From Centroscyllium fabricii (Eukaryota), in contig JBNRSN020000022.1 of NCBI GenBank assembly GCA_051313645.2, forward strand, positions 57,970,001 through 58,034,000: DNA of 64,000 bases, in the 5' to 3' direction. Position 1 is the first letter of the stretch; every line of letters starts with the position of its first letter. Both the position numbers and the translations under genes were made by a program. Below, piece by piece: positions 60,899 to 64,000 of this stretch. The notes under the pieces are model-generated. The model had not been told where the DNA came from, searched no databases, and was given only the letters and a program-made list of their open reading frames with translations.

Positions 60899-61228
60899 CA
60901 GGTCCACAACCCCTTATCCGCAATTCTGAAATTCGAAAAGCTCTGAAAACCTAAAGTTTTTTCATGGAGCGTCACTCGTGTGCACGACATGACCCGAGTT
61001 GCGCCAAACATGACCCACGCAGGTGTGCGGCGTCAGTTTCGTCTCCGCGCTGCTACCAATCACACGTGCTTCTGCTGCTCTCTGATATTTTTGGTGATTT
61101 TGAGTTTAATTTCACTGTGAAAATGTCAAAAAGCTGCAGATACCCCTACCGTTCTGAAATCGGAAAAATAATCCAAATTCCAAAACGCATCTGGCCCCAA
61201 GGGTTTCGGATAAGAGATTGTGGACCTG
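60899..61228. mobile_element. Tigger/pogo-like MITE
   Basis: TA|CAGGTCCACAACCCCTTATCCG ... CGGATAAGAGATTGTGGACCTG|TA. Confidence 0.85.
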
Positions 61229-61639
61229 TATTGTGTCTCATTCTGCAGAGTAATATTTAGCTGTTTGGAAAAAAAGTAAGTAGGTAGGAATGCAAAAAGG
61301 CCATTTGGCTTCTAATAGTATTTTAAATACCGTTATTATTTTGACTTTCGTAACTTGCTTGGTAGATTATTTCAAGTGTATATTACTGAGTACATATGTT
61401 TTTTTGGCCATGATGATGGCATAAAAACCATGCAGCAATTTCTGTAGCTTGTGTAAGCAATATTAATCTGATGGATTGGAGAATCGAGGTTTCTGCCGCC
61501 TGTTTTAACAGCAGTGGTAACGAGTTTAAAATTTAGAGTGACAGCTGCCAATGACCAGAAGCTGTGCAGAAGCGCACTGCACATTAATCTGGAACCAGAA
61601 GCATGATGTTTCTGGGGTTTTTCCTGCCCCGGCATTTTT

Positions 61640-64000
61640 TCAAGGATCCCGCTCCCTCCCTGGCACTTTGATGGAGTAAGGCAGGTTGCGGGCCTTAATG
61701 AAGTGGAAAAACCTGGTGACCCCCGGGTGGCAAAGGTCATTGTGGAGGGCCCGCAGCCTATCGACCTGTGCGTTTGCACACGTTCCACGGGATAGGACGT
61801 CTGGGGGCTAATTAAGTTTCCCGGGCCGGTATAAGATATCGTAATTGTAGGTGGATAATTCGATTCTCCACCTCAATATCTTATAGTTTTTGATTTTTGC
61901 CCCGCTGCTTGTTGAACATAAATGCTACTGATCGTTGGTCAGTGAGCAGGGTGAATCGTTTACCAGCCAGGTAATGCTTCCAATGCCGCACAGCCTCCAC
62001 TATAGCCTGAGCCTCCTTTTCTACTGAGGAGTGTCTAATTTCGGGGCCCTGGAGGGTTCGTGAAAAGAAGGCCACGGGTCTCCCCGCCTGATTTAAGGGT
62101 TGCGGCCAGGGCGAAGTCAGACGCATCGCTCTCCAGCTGGAAAGGGATGGACTCGTCCACGGCGTGCATTGTGGCCTTCGCAATGTCCTCTTTAATATGG
62201 CTGAAGGCTAAGCGGGCCTCTGCCGCCAGGGGGAAGGAGGTGGACTTGATAAGGGGCCAGGCCTTGTCCGCGTAATTGGGCACCCACTGGGCGTAGTAAG
62301 AGAAGAACCCCAGACATCTCTTCAGGGCAGTGAGGTAGGGGTAGTTCCAGGAGGGAGGGCATCCGGTCGGGGCCGATGACTCAGTTTTCCACAACACAGC
62401 CAAGGATAGCGAGGCGGGTGGTGCGAAACATGCATTTTTCCTTGTTATAGGTCAAATTTAAGCGCTGGGCTGTGCGGAGGAATTTTTCGAGGTTGGCGTC
62501 ATGGTCCTGCAGGTCATGGCCGCAGATGGTAACGTTGTCCAGTTAGGGAAAAGTGGCCTGCTGCGCGTTCTGATCGACTATTCGGTCCATCTCCCTTTGG
62601 AAGACTGAGACCCCGTTGGTGACGCCGAAGGGAACCCTAAGGAAGTGGTAGAGACGGCCGTTTGCCTCGAAGGCAGTATACTGGCGGTCCTCAAGCCTGA
62701 TAGGGAGTTGGTGATACGCCGACTTAAGGTCAATGGTAGAGAATACCCGGTACAGTGCAATCTGGTTGACCATATCAGATATGCAGGGAAGGGGGTATGC
62801 GTCTAACTGAGTATATCTATTGATCGTTTGAATGACCAAGCACTGTTTCTCGCCGGTCTTCACGACCACTACTTGGGCTCGCCATGGGCTGGTGCTACCC
62901 TCGATGATCCCTTCCCGCAGGAGCCGCTCTACTTCTGATTTTATAAAGACTCTGTCCCCGCACTGTACCGCCTGCTTTTGGTGGCGATAGGTTTGCAGTT
63001 ATGGGCGAGGTTAGCGAACAACGGGGATGGGGGGGGCTGACTTTCAGTGTGGAGAGGCTGCATATTGTGCGCGGCGGGTGTTTAAAATTTTTCCGGCTGC
63101 AGACTGTAAGTGGGGGCAGAGGCCCACCGTACGCCATTGTGGCACTCTTAAGGTGGCATTGGAAATCTAACCCCAGTAGCACGGCAGCGCAGAGCTGTGA
63201 TAGAACAAGGAGCTTGAAGCCTTTGTACTCCGTGCCCATCACAGTCAGGGTCACTACACAGTAGTCGCCGACGTCCGCTGTATGGGACTTGGAGACCATA
63301 GAGATCCGGTGGCGTGCTGGCAGGACTGAAAGGGAGTAGCGCCGCACTGTGTCGGGGTGGATAAAGCTCTCCGTGCTCCCGCAGTCAAACAGGCAGTTCA
63401 TAGCGCGGCCGTTTACCTTGATGTCCATCATGGACCTGGCAAGTTGGTGAGGCCTGGATTGGTCCAGGGTGATGGAGGTCAGCGTTGGGTTCAGTGGGTT
63501 GCTGTCGTACTCAGTTGAGGTGGTGGGGGAGTCAGGGGCCTGATCCCAAAATGGCGGCCTGCACGGCTCACACGCGGCTGGCGGTGTCCAAGATGGTGGC
63601 CCCCATGGCCCACACGCGGCGCTGCAGGAGTTGGAGGTCGGTTTTGCCTTGCACACCTTAGCGTAGTGCCCCTTCCCGCAACCGCAGCAGATCGCATCCT
63701 TTGCCGGGCAGCATTGCCTGGGGTGCTTGGCCTGGCCACAGAAGTAGCACTTCGGGCCTCGGGACATCGCGGCTGTCGTCGGACTGCTGGTGGGTCGTGG
63801 CGGTGGCAGCGTGGCGCAGGCTTGTAGCCCTACCGAGTCCCAAGATCGCAATGTCCGCGACATCCACGATGTGGCCGCGTGGTATGGGGAGTAGGCGTCC
63901 ATGTTTCGGTGAGCCACGTCCAGCGAGTTAGCGAGGGTCACAGCCTTCTGCAGGTCGAGCCCACCCTGTTCTAACAGTCTCTGCTGGGTGTAGCTGAACC
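61640..64000 (-). mobile_element. Decayed Ty3/Gypsy internal region (Gag zinc knuckles, protease, RT, RNase H), running off the window
   Basis: CYFCGQAKH...C...CGKGHYAKVC, LFDCGSTESFI, IDLKSAYHQ, PFGVTNG, (Y>stop)LDN, DASD and EKEAQA; several frameshifts. Confidence 0.92.

Noticed and set aside
62895-63941. Domesticated Gag/protease host gene
   Set aside because: Contiguous with a frameshifted RT and RNase H that has a stop at the catalytic-motif Tyr; an ordinary decayed Gypsy element.

Overview
Vertebrate genomic DNA, almost certainly from a cartilaginous fish (shark/ray), judged from HE1-like V-SINEs and CR1, Rex/Babar, Penelope and Harbinger-type repeats. The window holds 12 coding exons of fzr1 (Cdh1, the APC/C activator) on the + strand. 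All introns are GT-AG and the exons join in phase into 470 aa ending in the IR tail; the short ATG exon (about 23 codons) lies upstream of the window. The introns and downstream flank are packed with transposons: a 5'-truncated CR1 with an intact 958-aa ORF2, two decayed Gypsy elements, a solo LTR, many MITEs with readable TIRs and TSDs, and a 24-bp minisatellite. The most interesting signals concern cargo-carrying non-autonomous DNA transposons. (1) A hAT-like element with a 5-bp TSD has captured exon 1 of QKI with its ATG and splice donor, behind a CCAAT/GC-rich arm. (2) A TA-flanked MITE family carries a different cargo in each copy; one cargo is an 86-bp hairpin with 17 G.U pairs and no A.C pairs, which looks like fossil A-to-I editing. 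(3) Harbinger-type MITEs conserve splice-site arrays and a covarying hairpin that pairs the two splice sites of a mini-exon. Family names come from recalled motifs, not database searches. TE boundaries given without a TSD are approximate.
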